Source: an uncultured Solirubrobacterales bacterium
Lineage (GTDB): Bacteria; Actinomycetota; Thermoleophilia; Solirubrobacterales; 70-9
DNA: 64,000 bases
NCBI GenBank assembly: GCA_963716735.1
Contig: OY970321.1
Span: 2,210,021 to 2,274,020, forward strand
Reading direction: 5' to 3'
The notes under the pieces were generated by a model that was given only the letters and a program-made list of their open reading frames with translations, was not told the DNA's origin and did not search any database. Shown here piece after piece: positions 9,483 through 18,186 of this stretch (within the stretch, counting starts at the first letter, position 1; every line of letters begins with the position of its first letter). The position numbers and the translations under genes were made by a program.

Positions 9483-11254
9483 CGTCTCCCCAGCGGCGCG
9501 GTCGCCCGGTAGACCCGTTCGCGCCAGGCGGCCGGCACGTAGTCGGCCAGCTGTTGGGCGAAACCCGGGTTGAAGTAGGGGTCGCCGCGCATCAGCTCGT
9601 CATACCAGCAGTCGACGAAGAGAGCGCGGTCGACGGCGTCGGTGGCGGCGCGGCGGCCGGCGGGGGTGCGGTGGTTGACGAGACGCGGCCGCGGGGCGTA
9701 GACGGACTTGAGGCCGCGCTTGGCGAACCGCTGGCATAGGTCGTAGTCCTCGTACTCGCGGCCGTAGAACTCGTTGAAGCCGTTCTCGGCCTCGAAGTCG
9801 ACCCTGCGCACCAGCAGGCACTCGGCGCCGAGTGCCGAGACCTCGCGGGCGCAGGGGAGGGAGCCGTAGTAGCCGTCGCCATCGGCAGGGAAGCCGGCCA
9901 GCATCGCGCTCGCCGGGTCGCGGAGGCCGATGGCCACACCCGCCTGGTCGACCAGGCCGTCGGGCTTGGCCAGCAGCGGGCCGACGGCGCCCACGCCCGG
10001 CAGGCCGGCGTGGAGGACGAGCTGCTCGATCCAGTCGGGCTCGGCCACCTCGACCTCTTCGTCGAGGAAGAGCAGATAGTCGCCTCCGGCCGCGGCGGCG
10101 CCGACGTTGTTGGCGCGGCCGCGGCGGAAGGCACCGGGCTCGCCGGCGATCCAGGTCACCGCCTCGGGGAGCCAGGCCGGCGCCTCCTCGCCACGCCCGA
10201 TGACGATCGTCTCGAAGCTCGGATACGAGGTCAGCTCGAGCAGCGAGGTGAGGCAGCGCCGCAGGCCTCCCTCGCCGCCCCCTGTGGCGAGGACGACGCT
10301 GGCCTTGGCCTGGGGCACGGCGCCGTTGCGCGGCGCCAGGATCGCTCGGTGGGGGATCGCCGGGTGGGGGACGGCCTTGGCCTCGACGCCGAGCCGCTCG
10401 AGGTGATCGCTCACCGCCCTTGCCTGCAGCTCCTCAACCCCCGACTTCTGGTCGGTGCCGGCGGCGATGCTGCCGGGTATCGCCCGCCAGTGGTAGAGCG
10501 TCTGCGGGATGTGGTGGATGCGCTCGGTGCGCTCGGAGACGCGCAGGAAGAACTCGAAGTCCTGGATCGTGTCGAAGGCGGGGTCGAAACCGCCGGCCGC
10601 CTCGGCGAGCGAGCGCCGGACCACCAGCAGGTGGCCGATGTACATCGCGCCGAGAGCGTAGACCGGCGACCAGTCGGGCTTGAGGAAGGGGTCGGCGCGG
10701 ACGCCGTGCGCAGTCAGCTTGTCGGAATCGGAGTAGACGACGTCGAGCTCGGGATCGGCGGTGAGCGCTTGGGCGACACGCAGCAGCGCGTCGGGCGTGA
10801 GCGTGTCGTCATGGTCGAGGAAGCCGACGAACTCGCCGTCGCACATCTCCATGGCGGCGTTGGTCGCCGCCGAGATGCCGCGGTTCTCGGCGGCCGGCTC
10901 GAACTTGATCCGCGGGTCGGCGTCGGCGTAGCGCTGGACCGCCGCGTTCAGCCCAGGCTGGCCGGAGCCGTCGTCGACGATGCACAGCTGCCACGCCGGG
11001 TAGTGCTGGGCTCGCACCGACTCGATCGCCTTGGCCAGATAGCCCAGGTCGGACTTGTAGGTCGGCATCGCCAGTGAGATCGTCGGTTGCGACTCGAGCG
11101 CCGCGACTTCCTGCAGGGCGGCTTCGCGCTTGGCCCGGGGTCGGCTGAGGTGAAGTTCCTGTCGCAGGCGGCGGGTCAGGTCCCTGAGGCGGCGCAGGAA
11201 GGCGAAGGCGCGCGGGGGGAGAAGCGATTTGAGCGAGCGGATATCGCGTGGCAT
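9479..11254 (-). CDS. Two-domain glycosyltransferase family 2 (tandem GT2 modules, rhamnosyltransferase-like)
   Basis: Module 1: ISLAMPTYKSDLGYLAKAIESVRAQHYPAWQLCIVDDGS...FLDHDD. Module 2: ASVVLATGGGEGGLRRCLTSLL...YLLFLDEEV. It lies in the same reading frame as the upstream 76-aa ORF, separated by a TGA and one codon. Confidence 0.85.
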   Translation of the reverse strand: MPRDIRSLKSLLPPRAFAFLRRLRDLTRRLRQELHLSRPRAKREAALQEVAALESQPTISLAMPTYKSDLGYLAKAIESVRAQHYPAWQLCIVDDGSGQPGLNAAVQRYADADPRIKFEPAAENRGISAATNAAMEMCDGEFVGFLDHDDTLTPDALLRVAQALTADPELDVVYSDSDKLTAHGVRADPFLKPDWSPVYALGAMYIGHLLVVRRSLAEAAGGFDPAFDTIQDFEFFLRVSERTERIHHIPQTLYHWRAIPGSIAAGTDQKSGVEELQARAVSDHLERLGVEAKAVPHPAIPHRAILAPRNGAVPQAKASVVLATGGGEGGLRRCLTSLLELTSYPSFETIVIGRGEEAPAWLPEAVTWIAGEPGAFRRGRANNVGAAAAGGDYLLFLDEEVEVAEPDWIEQLVLHAGLPGVGAVGPLLAKPDGLVDQAGVAIGLRDPASAMLAGFPADGDGYYGSLPCAREVSALGAECLLVRRVDFEAENGFNEFYGREYEDYDLCQRFAKRGLKSVYAPRPRLVNHRTPAGRRAATDAVDRALFVDCWYDELMRGDPYFNPGFAQQLADYVPAAWRERVYRATAPLGRR

Positions 11255-11257
11255 CGC

Positions 11258-11488
11258 TCAGCCTCGGCGCAGCTTCGACAGCGCGGACCGCAGCGGCCTG
11301 GTCAGCCGCCAGCTCAGCGAGGTCTCGTAGGTCTGGGCAACCTCGATGACCTGCTCTTCGAGTTCGCCGATGCGGAAGTTGCGGCGGCTGAGCTCGCGAT
11401 GGAACTCCTCCCTCTGCGCGTCCAGCTCCGCCCGGTGCCGCGCCTCGGCCGCGCTCAGCTGGTCGCTCGTCTGGGTCCCGGCGCTCAT
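11258..11488 (-). CDS. Small coiled-coil protein ending in an SWRLTRPLR motif
   Basis: 76 aa. Heptad-like charged helix (AEARHRAELDAQREEFHRELSRRNFRIGELEEQVIEV) followed by SLSWRLTRPLRSALSKLRRG. It is first in its operon, 39 bp from divergent rmlA. Confidence 0.55.
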   Translation of the reverse strand: MSAGTQTSDQLSAAEARHRAELDAQREEFHRELSRRNFRIGELEEQVIEVAQTYETSLSWRLTRPLRSALSKLRRG

Positions 11489-11527
11489 CGCGGCCTATCG
11501 TAGCCACGGTAGGGTTGCAGCCTCGCA

Positions 11528-12604
11528 ATGGAGCCCCTGAAGGGACTTATTCTCTCCGGTGGGGCCGGCACTCGCCTGCGGCCCATCACCCACACTTCGG
11601 CGAAGCAGCTCGTGCCCGTCGCCAATAAACCCGTGCTCTTCTACGGGATCGAGGCGCTGGTCGACGCCGGTGTTACCGAGATCGGGATCGTCATCGCGCC
11701 GGAGACCGGCGATGAGATCCGCGAGGCGGCGGGCGACGGCTCCCGGTTCGGCGCAAAGATCACCTACATCGTTCAGGACGAGCCGGCCGGGCTCGCCCAC
11801 GCCGTACTCACCGCCGAGGAGTTCATCGGCGGCTCGCCCTTCGTCATGTACCTCGGCGACAACCTGCTCGCCGATGGTCTGCGTGGCTTGGTCGCTACCT
11901 TCCGCGAGGCCGGGCCCGACGCGCTGATCCTGCTGACGCCGGTCGCCGACCCCAGCTCCTACGGCGTCGCCGAGCTCGACGGCGACCACGTCGTCCGCCT
12001 GGTCGAGAAGCCGAAAGACCCGCCCTCAAACCTCGCCCTGGTCGGCGTCTACCTCTTCGGCCCGCCGATCTTCGAGGCGGCCCGTGCGCTGAAGCCCTCC
12101 TGGCGGGGCGAGCTGGAGATCACCGAGGCGATCCAGAGCCTGATCGAGGACGGCCACAAGGTGCAGTCGGAGGTGGTCAGCGGCTGGTGGAAGGACACCG
12201 GCCAGCTCGCCGACATGCTCGAGGCCAACAGGCTCGTCCTCGAGGAGATCGAGACACGCCTCGACGGCGAGATCGACGAGGACTCGAAGGTCGAGGGCAG
12301 GGTCGTGGTCGAGGCGGGGGCGACGCTGAGCGGATCGGTTGTGCGCGGCCCGGCCGTGATCGGCGCCGGCGCCAAGATTGAGGGCGCCTACGTCGGCCCC
12401 TACACCTCGATCGGCGAGAACGTGAAGATCTGCCGCTCCGAAATCGAGCACTCGATCGTCCTTGCCGGCTCCGTCGTCGAAGACCTCGGCACCCGCATGG
12501 AGGCCAGCCTGCTTGGCCGCGAAGTCAAGCTGACCCGCAGCGACGGCATGCCGAAGACGCTGCGGATGCTGGTCGGCGACAAATCCGAGATCAAGATCAT
12601 CTGA
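11528..12604 (+). CDS. rmlA: Glucose-1-phosphate thymidylyltransferase (long, ~355-aa form with C-terminal LbH domain)
   Basis: MEPLKGLILSGGAGTRLRPITHTSAKQLVPVANKPVLFYGIE. Hexapeptide-like repeats at the C-terminus. It heads the rml operon. Confidence 0.9.
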   Translation: MEPLKGLILSGGAGTRLRPITHTSAKQLVPVANKPVLFYGIEALVDAGVTEIGIVIAPETGDEIREAAGDGSRFGAKITYIVQDEPAGLAHAVLTAEEFIGGSPFVMYLGDNLLADGLRGLVATFREAGPDALILLTPVADPSSYGVAELDGDHVVRLVEKPKDPPSNLALVGVYLFGPPIFEAARALKPSWRGELEITEAIQSLIEDGHKVQSEVVSGWWKDTGQLADMLEANRLVLEEIETRLDGEIDEDSKVEGRVVVEAGATLSGSVVRGPAVIGAGAKIEGAYVGPYTSIGENVKICRSEIEHSIVLAGSVVEDLGTRMEASLLGREVKLTRSDGMPKTLRMLVGDKSEIKII

Positions 12605-12617
12605 TGGGCGCTGGGCG

Positions 12618-13472
12618 ATGAAGCTGCTGGTCACCGGTGCGGCCGGGATGCTGGGCCGCGACGTGATGCTCGCCGCGGGTAACGCCGGCCACCAGGTGGT
12701 CGGCTATGGCCACGCCGAGCTCGACGTCGCCGACGGGCCGGCGGTCGGCGCCAAGATCGAGGGCGAGCGTCCCGACGTCGTCATCAATTGCGCCGCCTGG
12801 ACCGACGTCGACGGCGCCGAGGGGGCCGAGCGGGAGGCAACGCGGATCAACGGGGAGGGGGCCGGCAACGTCGCCGCGGCCGCCGCCGCGGTCGGCGCCT
12901 CGGTCGTCTACGTCGGCAGCGACTACGTCTTCGACGGCAGCAAGGGCGCGCCCTACGTCGAAACCGACCAGACCGCGCCGCTCTCCGCCTACGGGCGCAG
13001 CAAGCTGGCCGGCGAGGAGGCGACCCGCGTCGCCAACAAGCGCCACTTCATCGTCCGCTCCGCCTGGCTCTTCGGCACCGGCGGCACCAACTTCGTCGAG
13101 ACGATGCTTCGCCTCGCCGCCGACCACGGTGAGGTCCTCGTCGTCCGCGACCAGGTCGGCTCGCCGACCTACACCTGGCACCTCGCCTACGGCATCGTCC
13201 GCCTGATCGAGGGGGTCGAGTTCGGCATCCACCACATGGCAGCCGCGGGCAGTTGCTCCTGGTATGAGTTCGCCCGCGAGATCTTCGAGCAGGCGCACGT
13301 CGAGTGCAAAGTGATGTCGGCGACCACCGAGATGCTCGGCCGCCCGGCCCCCCGCCCCGCCTACTCGGCGCTGACGAGCCAGCGCCGGCACGCGATCGAG
13401 CTGCCCTCCTGGCAGGACGGCCTCGCCGCCTACCTCTCCCAGCGCAGCGCCGAGGCGGAGGCCGCGGCATGA
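12618..13472 (+). CDS. rmlD: dTDP-4-dehydrorhamnose reductase
   Basis: MKLLVTGAAGMLGRDV...INCAAWTDVDGAE...YGRSKLAGE. Size and position within the rml operon fit. Confidence 0.9.
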   Translation: MKLLVTGAAGMLGRDVMLAAGNAGHQVVGYGHAELDVADGPAVGAKIEGERPDVVINCAAWTDVDGAEGAEREATRINGEGAGNVAAAAAAVGASVVYVGSDYVFDGSKGAPYVETDQTAPLSAYGRSKLAGEEATRVANKRHFIVRSAWLFGTGGTNFVETMLRLAADHGEVLVVRDQVGSPTYTWHLAYGIVRLIEGVEFGIHHMAAAGSCSWYEFAREIFEQAHVECKVMSATTEMLGRPAPRPAYSALTSQRRHAIELPSWQDGLAAYLSQRSAEAEAAA

Positions 13473-14452
13473 AGATCCTCGTCACCGGCGCCGCCGGCTT
13501 CATCGGCTCGACCTACGTGCGCCTCGTCGGCGGCGACCACGAGGTGCGGGTGCTCGACAAGCTGACCTACGCCGGTCGCCGCGAGAACCTGCCGGAGGGA
13601 ACCGACCTGGTCGTCGGCGGGATCGAGGACCCGGCGGTCGTGCGCGAGGCGATGGAGGGCTGCGACGCGGTCGTCAACTTCGCCGCCGAGTCGCACGTCG
13701 ACCGCTCGATCGACGACCAGGACGCCTTCGCCCGCACCCACGTGATCGGCACCGGCACGCTGCTCGATGCCGCCCGTGAGCTGGGGGTCGACCGCTACCT
13801 GCAGGTCTCCACCGACGAGGTCTACGGCTCGATCGATTCGGGCTCCTTCACCGAGACCTCGCCGCTCGACCCCTCCTCGCCCTACTCGGCGACCAAGGCG
13901 GCCGGGGACCTGCTCGTCTCCGCCCATTTCCACACCTACGGGACCGAGGCCTCGATCGTGCGCGGCTCGAACAACTACGGGCCGCGCCAGTACCCCGAGA
14001 AGCTGATCCCGCTGATGGTGTTGAACGCAATCCACGGCGACTCGCTGCCGGTCTATGGAGACGGGCGGCAGGTACGCAACTGGCTCTACGTCGAGGACTT
14101 CTGCCGTGGCATCCACGCCGTGTTGATGAAGGGTCGCCCCGGCGAGGCCTACAACGTCGGCGGCCCCGACGAGTGCGAGAACATCGAGGTGGTGAAGCGG
14201 GTGATCGAGCTGAGCGGTGCCGCGGAGTCGCAGATCGAGTACGTCACCGACCGCCCCGGCCACGACCGTCGCTACTCGCTCTCCTCCGAGAAGCTGCGCG
14301 CCGAGCTCGGCTGGGAGGCGCAGGTGCACTTCGCCGAGGGCCTCGAGCGGACCGTGAGCTGGTACCGCGACAACAAGGAATGGTGGGGCCCAATCCGCTC
14401 CGGCGAGTACCGGGCCTACTACGAGAAGCAGTACGGCAAAGCGCTCGGCTGA
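13469..14452 (+). CDS. rmlB: dTDP-glucose 4,6-dehydratase
   Basis: ATG 13469 (MKILVTGAAGFIGSTYV) overlaps the rmlD stop (ATGA). FAAESHVDRS, YSATKAAGDLL and GDGRQVRNWLYVEDF are present. Confidence 0.92.
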   Translation: MKILVTGAAGFIGSTYVRLVGGDHEVRVLDKLTYAGRRENLPEGTDLVVGGIEDPAVVREAMEGCDAVVNFAAESHVDRSIDDQDAFARTHVIGTGTLLDAARELGVDRYLQVSTDEVYGSIDSGSFTETSPLDPSSPYSATKAAGDLLVSAHFHTYGTEASIVRGSNNYGPRQYPEKLIPLMVLNAIHGDSLPVYGDGRQVRNWLYVEDFCRGIHAVLMKGRPGEAYNVGGPDECENIEVVKRVIELSGAAESQIEYVTDRPGHDRRYSLSSEKLRAELGWEAQVHFAEGLERTVSWYRDNKEWWGPIRSGEYRAYYEKQYGKALG

Positions 14453-15000
14453 TGCCGCGGCGGTTGGAGACCAAGCTCGACGGCGTCGTCCTGCTCGAGC
14501 CCGAGGTCCACGGCGACGATCGCGGCTTCATGGTCGAGACCTATAGGCGCGACACCTGGGCAGAGCTCGGTATCGACGTCGAGTTCGTCCAGCACAACCA
14601 TTCGCGCTCCTCAAGAGGAACGTTGCGTGGCCTTCATTTCCAGACCGAGCCGGGCCAGGCGAAGCTGGTCCGCTGCCCGCGCGGCAAGATCTTCGACGTC
14701 GCCGTCGACCTGCGCCGTGCCTCGCCCACCTACGGTCAGTGGGAAGGACACGAGCTCGACGACGAGACCCACCGCCAGCTCTTCGTCCCCGTCGGCTTCG
14801 GCCACGGCTTCGCCGTCCTCAGCGACGTCGCCGACGTCACCTACCTCTGCTCGAGCACCTACGACCCGGCGACCGAGTCCGGCATCGCCTGGGACGACCC
14901 CGACGTCGGAGTCGAGTGGCCGGTCGACGACCCCCTGCTGAGCGAGCGCGACAAGCAGGCCCCGGCGCTTAGCGAAGTAGCCGAGTCACTGCTGTTCTAG
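14452..15000 (+). CDS. rmlC: dTDP-4-dehydrorhamnose 3,5-epimerase
   Basis: ATG 14452 (TGATG junction with rmlB). DDRGFMVETYR, RGLHFQ, QAKLVRCPRGKIFDVAVDLR and VPVGFGHGF are present. Confidence 0.92.
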   Translation: MPRRLETKLDGVVLLEPEVHGDDRGFMVETYRRDTWAELGIDVEFVQHNHSRSSRGTLRGLHFQTEPGQAKLVRCPRGKIFDVAVDLRRASPTYGQWEGHELDDETHRQLFVPVGFGHGFAVLSDVADVTYLCSSTYDPATESGIAWDDPDVGVEWPVDDPLLSERDKQAPALSEVAESLLF

Positions 15001-17303
15001 CTCTGGGGGTATCCAGCCAAGATTCTGCGGCGAAGGCCGCGCAGGCTCCGCCTCGCGGCTTCCGACCAAAGATGTTTCACACGCACCGTCCCAAGGGCGA
15101 CCTGCGGATCGCTTGTCGCCAGCACCTGCTCGTGCCAGGCAACGGTATCCGCGTAGTGTTGTTCATGCCAGGCATTGGCGTCGGCCAGCGTCTTCTCTGC
15201 CCACTCGGCGACCTCGTCGTGCGCGCGCTGCAGGAACTCCAAATCTTCGTTCGGTGCGGCAAATGCGACGAGGCACTCCCAGAGCGCTATTCGCTCGCTG
15301 CGGTCCAGTTCGACGTCGACGAGAATCTCGTCGACGATCCGGCGACGCAGCCGGAACTTTTGGGCGGGGTCTTTCGTAAGCGTGGCGAGTCGACCTCCGA
15401 CTTCGGTCCGGTACCAGAACAGCGGCCGTGGAACGACATCTATGTCGAAGCCGGCGAAGGCGATCTTGGCCAGCGTCTCCCAGTCCTCGTGTGGGGAGTT
15501 GGGGTCGGTCTCAAAGCCACCCACGGCGCGGAGGGCGTCCGTTCGGTAGAGGGCGCAGGTGTCACCGAAGACATTCTCAAGGGGCGCCACGATGCGGGGA
15601 CCTCCGGTGGGGGCATAGCGGAAGGCGTAGGACTCGGTCTCGATGTCGGCCTCGTTCACGAAAGCGAGGGTCTGACACGTCGCCACATCACGCGAAGGAT
15701 CGGTCTGGACTGCCCCCAGTAACGTTTCTACCAACTCTGGATGTGCGACATTGTCGGAGTCGAATGGAAGGAAGTGCGAGCCATTGGCGAGCTCGAGACA
15801 GCGGTTTCGGGCCGCGCCCGGTCCGGCGTTTTCTTGGCGCAGGAAGGTCCACTCTGGATAGCGTGCCTCCAAGGCATCGAAGACCTCGGCGGCGCTCGGA
15901 TCGGTAGAGCCGTCATCGATCACAAAGACCTCATCGGGTTGATGCGTTTGACCGGCAATCGAATCCAACGCCGATGGAAGGAACGCCGCGTGGTTGTAGT
16001 GGGTGACCGCCACGGAGACAGTCGCTCCCTCAGGTGGTTTCGGGGTGTAGCTCAGTCGTTCTTGGTGAAAGCGCGCTACGGCCTCTCGATAGCTCGCCTC
16101 CACCCCGTCGTTCCAGCGCTCGTGGTCGCACACCTCGGAGACCTCCCGTCGAAGCCGACGCTCGTTGTCGGGGTCGGCAGCAAGCCGCTCCGATATTGAG
16201 GTGGACAAGTCCGCAGCCGTGGGATCGAAAAGCCAGTTTTGCCTGGCTTCGCAATGCCGTACGACCTCGGGTATGCCCCCGGCATGCGCCGCGATGAACG
16301 GGATCCGATTGGCGATGCACTCCGCAACCGTGAAGCCGAAAGTCTCGCTCTGGGAGGCGATGATGGCCAGCGTGTCGCCGCTTGCCAACTTTGCCAAGGC
16401 TGCCTCCCGGTCCAGCTCATCCTCGATCTCAAAAGGCCGGTCTCCTAGGCGCTCGCGGATGATCTCGCTCGCGCTCCGCCCGTCCATCCTCGTATCGCGG
16501 CCGAGGAAGACGACCGGAAGCTTCTCTGGCACCGAATCCAGCGCGTCGAGGAAGATGTCCAGGCCCTTGCGCCGCTCCAGCCGCCCGAAGAAGGCGAGCT
16601 TGCATAGTTCGGCCGTTTGTATGGTCGGCTCTGGCTCTGGATCTGGGAAGGGGTAGGTGACGAGAACATCGTCCCGAACTTCCCATCCGATGGAGCGGGT
16701 GTCCTCGACCATGTAGTGGGAAGGGCTGAGCTGCAGGTCGGCTCGCTCGAAGGCGTAGCGCTCGCACCACTCGAGCTTCAGGTCCCACGGCGACTTACGG
16801 TCGGCGAGGTTGCCCCGGCGCTGCCAATCGGTCGTGCTGTGGAGCTTCACCGCGAGCGCCACATCGTCGAAGGCCAGGCCGGATCGTTTGGCCTGGGCGC
16901 TTCGAAGCCCGAGAGCACGCCAATCGTGGAACTCGATGATGTCGAAGGAATGCTCAGCATTGAGCCCTTCCAGTGCTTCCATCGCCAGCTGGCTGAGGTG
17001 GAGGTCGTGCATGCCGTCGCCGTAGCTGTGGATGTCCGCCCAGGCCGGTGCTGGAAGTTCTTCCAGCCAGGTGAATGTCACTCCCTCGGAGGCCATCCTC
17101 GCGGGCATCTCCGCCATCGCCTGCTCGTCGTCCGCCGCGCCGCAGAACAGCACGTGCACCTCCCAACCTCGCTTCGCGAGGAGTCGGCTCATCAGCCAGA
17201 AGTGAGTGCCGATCCCGCCGTTGCGGATGACGCTCACGAAGTCGGTGGTCACAAAGCAGATGCTGGGTGCACCCTCTTTTTGCCGGACCTCGGTCGGAGC
17301 CAT
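14997..17303 (-). CDS. Bifunctional glycosyltransferase (N-terminal GT4 + C-terminal GT2) with helical tail
   Basis: GT4 part: ICFVTTDFVSVIRNGGIGTHFW...SQSETFGFTVAECIANRIPFIAAHAGGIPEVV. GT2 part: VSVAVTHYNHAAFLPSALDSIAGQTHQPDEVFVIDDGSTD...FDSDN. The start is taken at ATG 17303 (MAPTEV), 2 nt after the upstream stop; ATG 17315 is an alternative. The ORF track extension to 17549 overlaps the upstream gene. Confidence 0.8.
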   Translation of the reverse strand: MAPTEVRQKEGAPSICFVTTDFVSVIRNGGIGTHFWLMSRLLAKRGWEVHVLFCGAADDEQAMAEMPARMASEGVTFTWLEELPAPAWADIHSYGDGMHDLHLSQLAMEALEGLNAEHSFDIIEFHDWRALGLRSAQAKRSGLAFDDVALAVKLHSTTDWQRRGNLADRKSPWDLKLEWCERYAFERADLQLSPSHYMVEDTRSIGWEVRDDVLVTYPFPDPEPEPTIQTAELCKLAFFGRLERRKGLDIFLDALDSVPEKLPVVFLGRDTRMDGRSASEIIRERLGDRPFEIEDELDREAALAKLASGDTLAIIASQSETFGFTVAECIANRIPFIAAHAGGIPEVVRHCEARQNWLFDPTAADLSTSISERLAADPDNERRLRREVSEVCDHERWNDGVEASYREAVARFHQERLSYTPKPPEGATVSVAVTHYNHAAFLPSALDSIAGQTHQPDEVFVIDDGSTDPSAAEVFDALEARYPEWTFLRQENAGPGAARNRCLELANGSHFLPFDSDNVAHPELVETLLGAVQTDPSRDVATCQTLAFVNEADIETESYAFRYAPTGGPRIVAPLENVFGDTCALYRTDALRAVGGFETDPNSPHEDWETLAKIAFAGFDIDVVPRPLFWYRTEVGGRLATLTKDPAQKFRLRRRIVDEILVDVELDRSERIALWECLVAFAAPNEDLEFLQRAHDEVAEWAEKTLADANAWHEQHYADTVAWHEQVLATSDPQVALGTVRVKHLWSEAARRSLRGLRRRILAGYPQS

Positions 17304-17305
17304 CG

Positions 17306-18040
17306 TCAGGCGCATCCGTCGCGGACTCTCTTCGGCGATGCCATATAGAGAGTCGCCCGGCCGTTCCAGTAGCTGGCGACATTGCGCACATCGAACCCGG
17401 CGGCCTCCAAAAGCGCGCTGACATAGTCGCGGGTGAAAAACCACCACCAGGCCTCGTAGGGGTTCCAACCCTCGCGCTGCAGATCCCACTCCTCGCCGAC
17501 CGCGTGGTTCACGCCGTACGCAAACGGCGCCCCGTTTTCGCGCAGCCACTCACCGAGAATGACACGCTGACTGTCGGTCATCGCCGGAACGAGCAGCGCC
17601 GTGCCCGGTTCGACGCTGATGGCTCCGGCGGAGGTGGCGACGGTCTCGGGCATCGTCGCCGTGCCCAGTATCAGGGTCCCCCGAACTAGTGCGCACAGGT
17701 TGCGCAGCGTGCGCAACGGTTCGGGACAGTGGTAGAGGACACCGCTGCAATGGACGGCGTCGAAGGAGCCGACTTTGTCTACGAGCGCGTGATCGTCGAC
17801 GCTGCCGTGAATGCAGCGTACGCCCGCCACACCGTGTTCCTCCAGCCGAGACTCGAAGGCTCCCCAGAGATCTTCGGGGCCGCCCTCGGGCGCGATGTCG
17901 ATCATCGTCAGGTCGGTGGCACCGGCAGCAGCAGCAACGGTGACTTGCTCATTCACCACCCCCCAAAGACCGCCCACCTCGGCAAAGGAGCTACCAGAAG
18001 CAACCGCCGCGATCCAGCTCTCCCTGAGGCCGTCTCCCAC
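17306..18040 (-). CDS. Putative class I methyltransferase-fold protein
   Basis: 244 aa. SFAEVGGLWGVVNE...DLTMIDI...FDAVHCSGVLYHCPEPLRTL resembles MTase motifs I, II and post-III. It is the first gene after an AT-rich spacer. Confidence 0.55.
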   Translation of the reverse strand: MGDGLRESWIAAVASGSSFAEVGGLWGVVNEQVTVAAAAGATDLTMIDIAPEGGPEDLWGAFESRLEEHGVAGVRCIHGSVDDHALVDKVGSFDAVHCSGVLYHCPEPLRTLRNLCALVRGTLILGTATMPETVATSAGAISVEPGTALLVPAMTDSQRVILGEWLRENGAPFAYGVNHAVGEEWDLQREGWNPYEAWWWFFTRDYVSALLEAAGFDVRNVASYWNGRATLYMASPKRVRDGCA

Positions 18041-18186
18041 GCTGAGAACCTAGCGCATCCGCAAGGGAAATCAGTACAACTAAAAAAACAAGTTAGTACG
18101 CCAAAGACGTTTCGATCATGTTGCCGTGCTCTACTTTTGCGCCGCGCCAGAGCACTGCTCGACCCGCTTCGGCGGTCTTGTCGTTT

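Noticed and set aside
11258-11260. Reading the in-frame TGA between the 76-aa ORF and the GT2 as selenocysteine
   Set aside because: I see no SECIS-like hairpin immediately downstream, and there is no redox context. Split gene, read-through or two coupled genes are more parsimonious (kept as a finding without the Sec claim).
14997-15000. A palindromic CTAG is shared as the stop codon by convergent gene pairs at 14997-15000 and again at 32337-32340
   Set aside because: It is real, but most simply explained by chance plus compaction (TAG on both strands). There is no further structure around either site.
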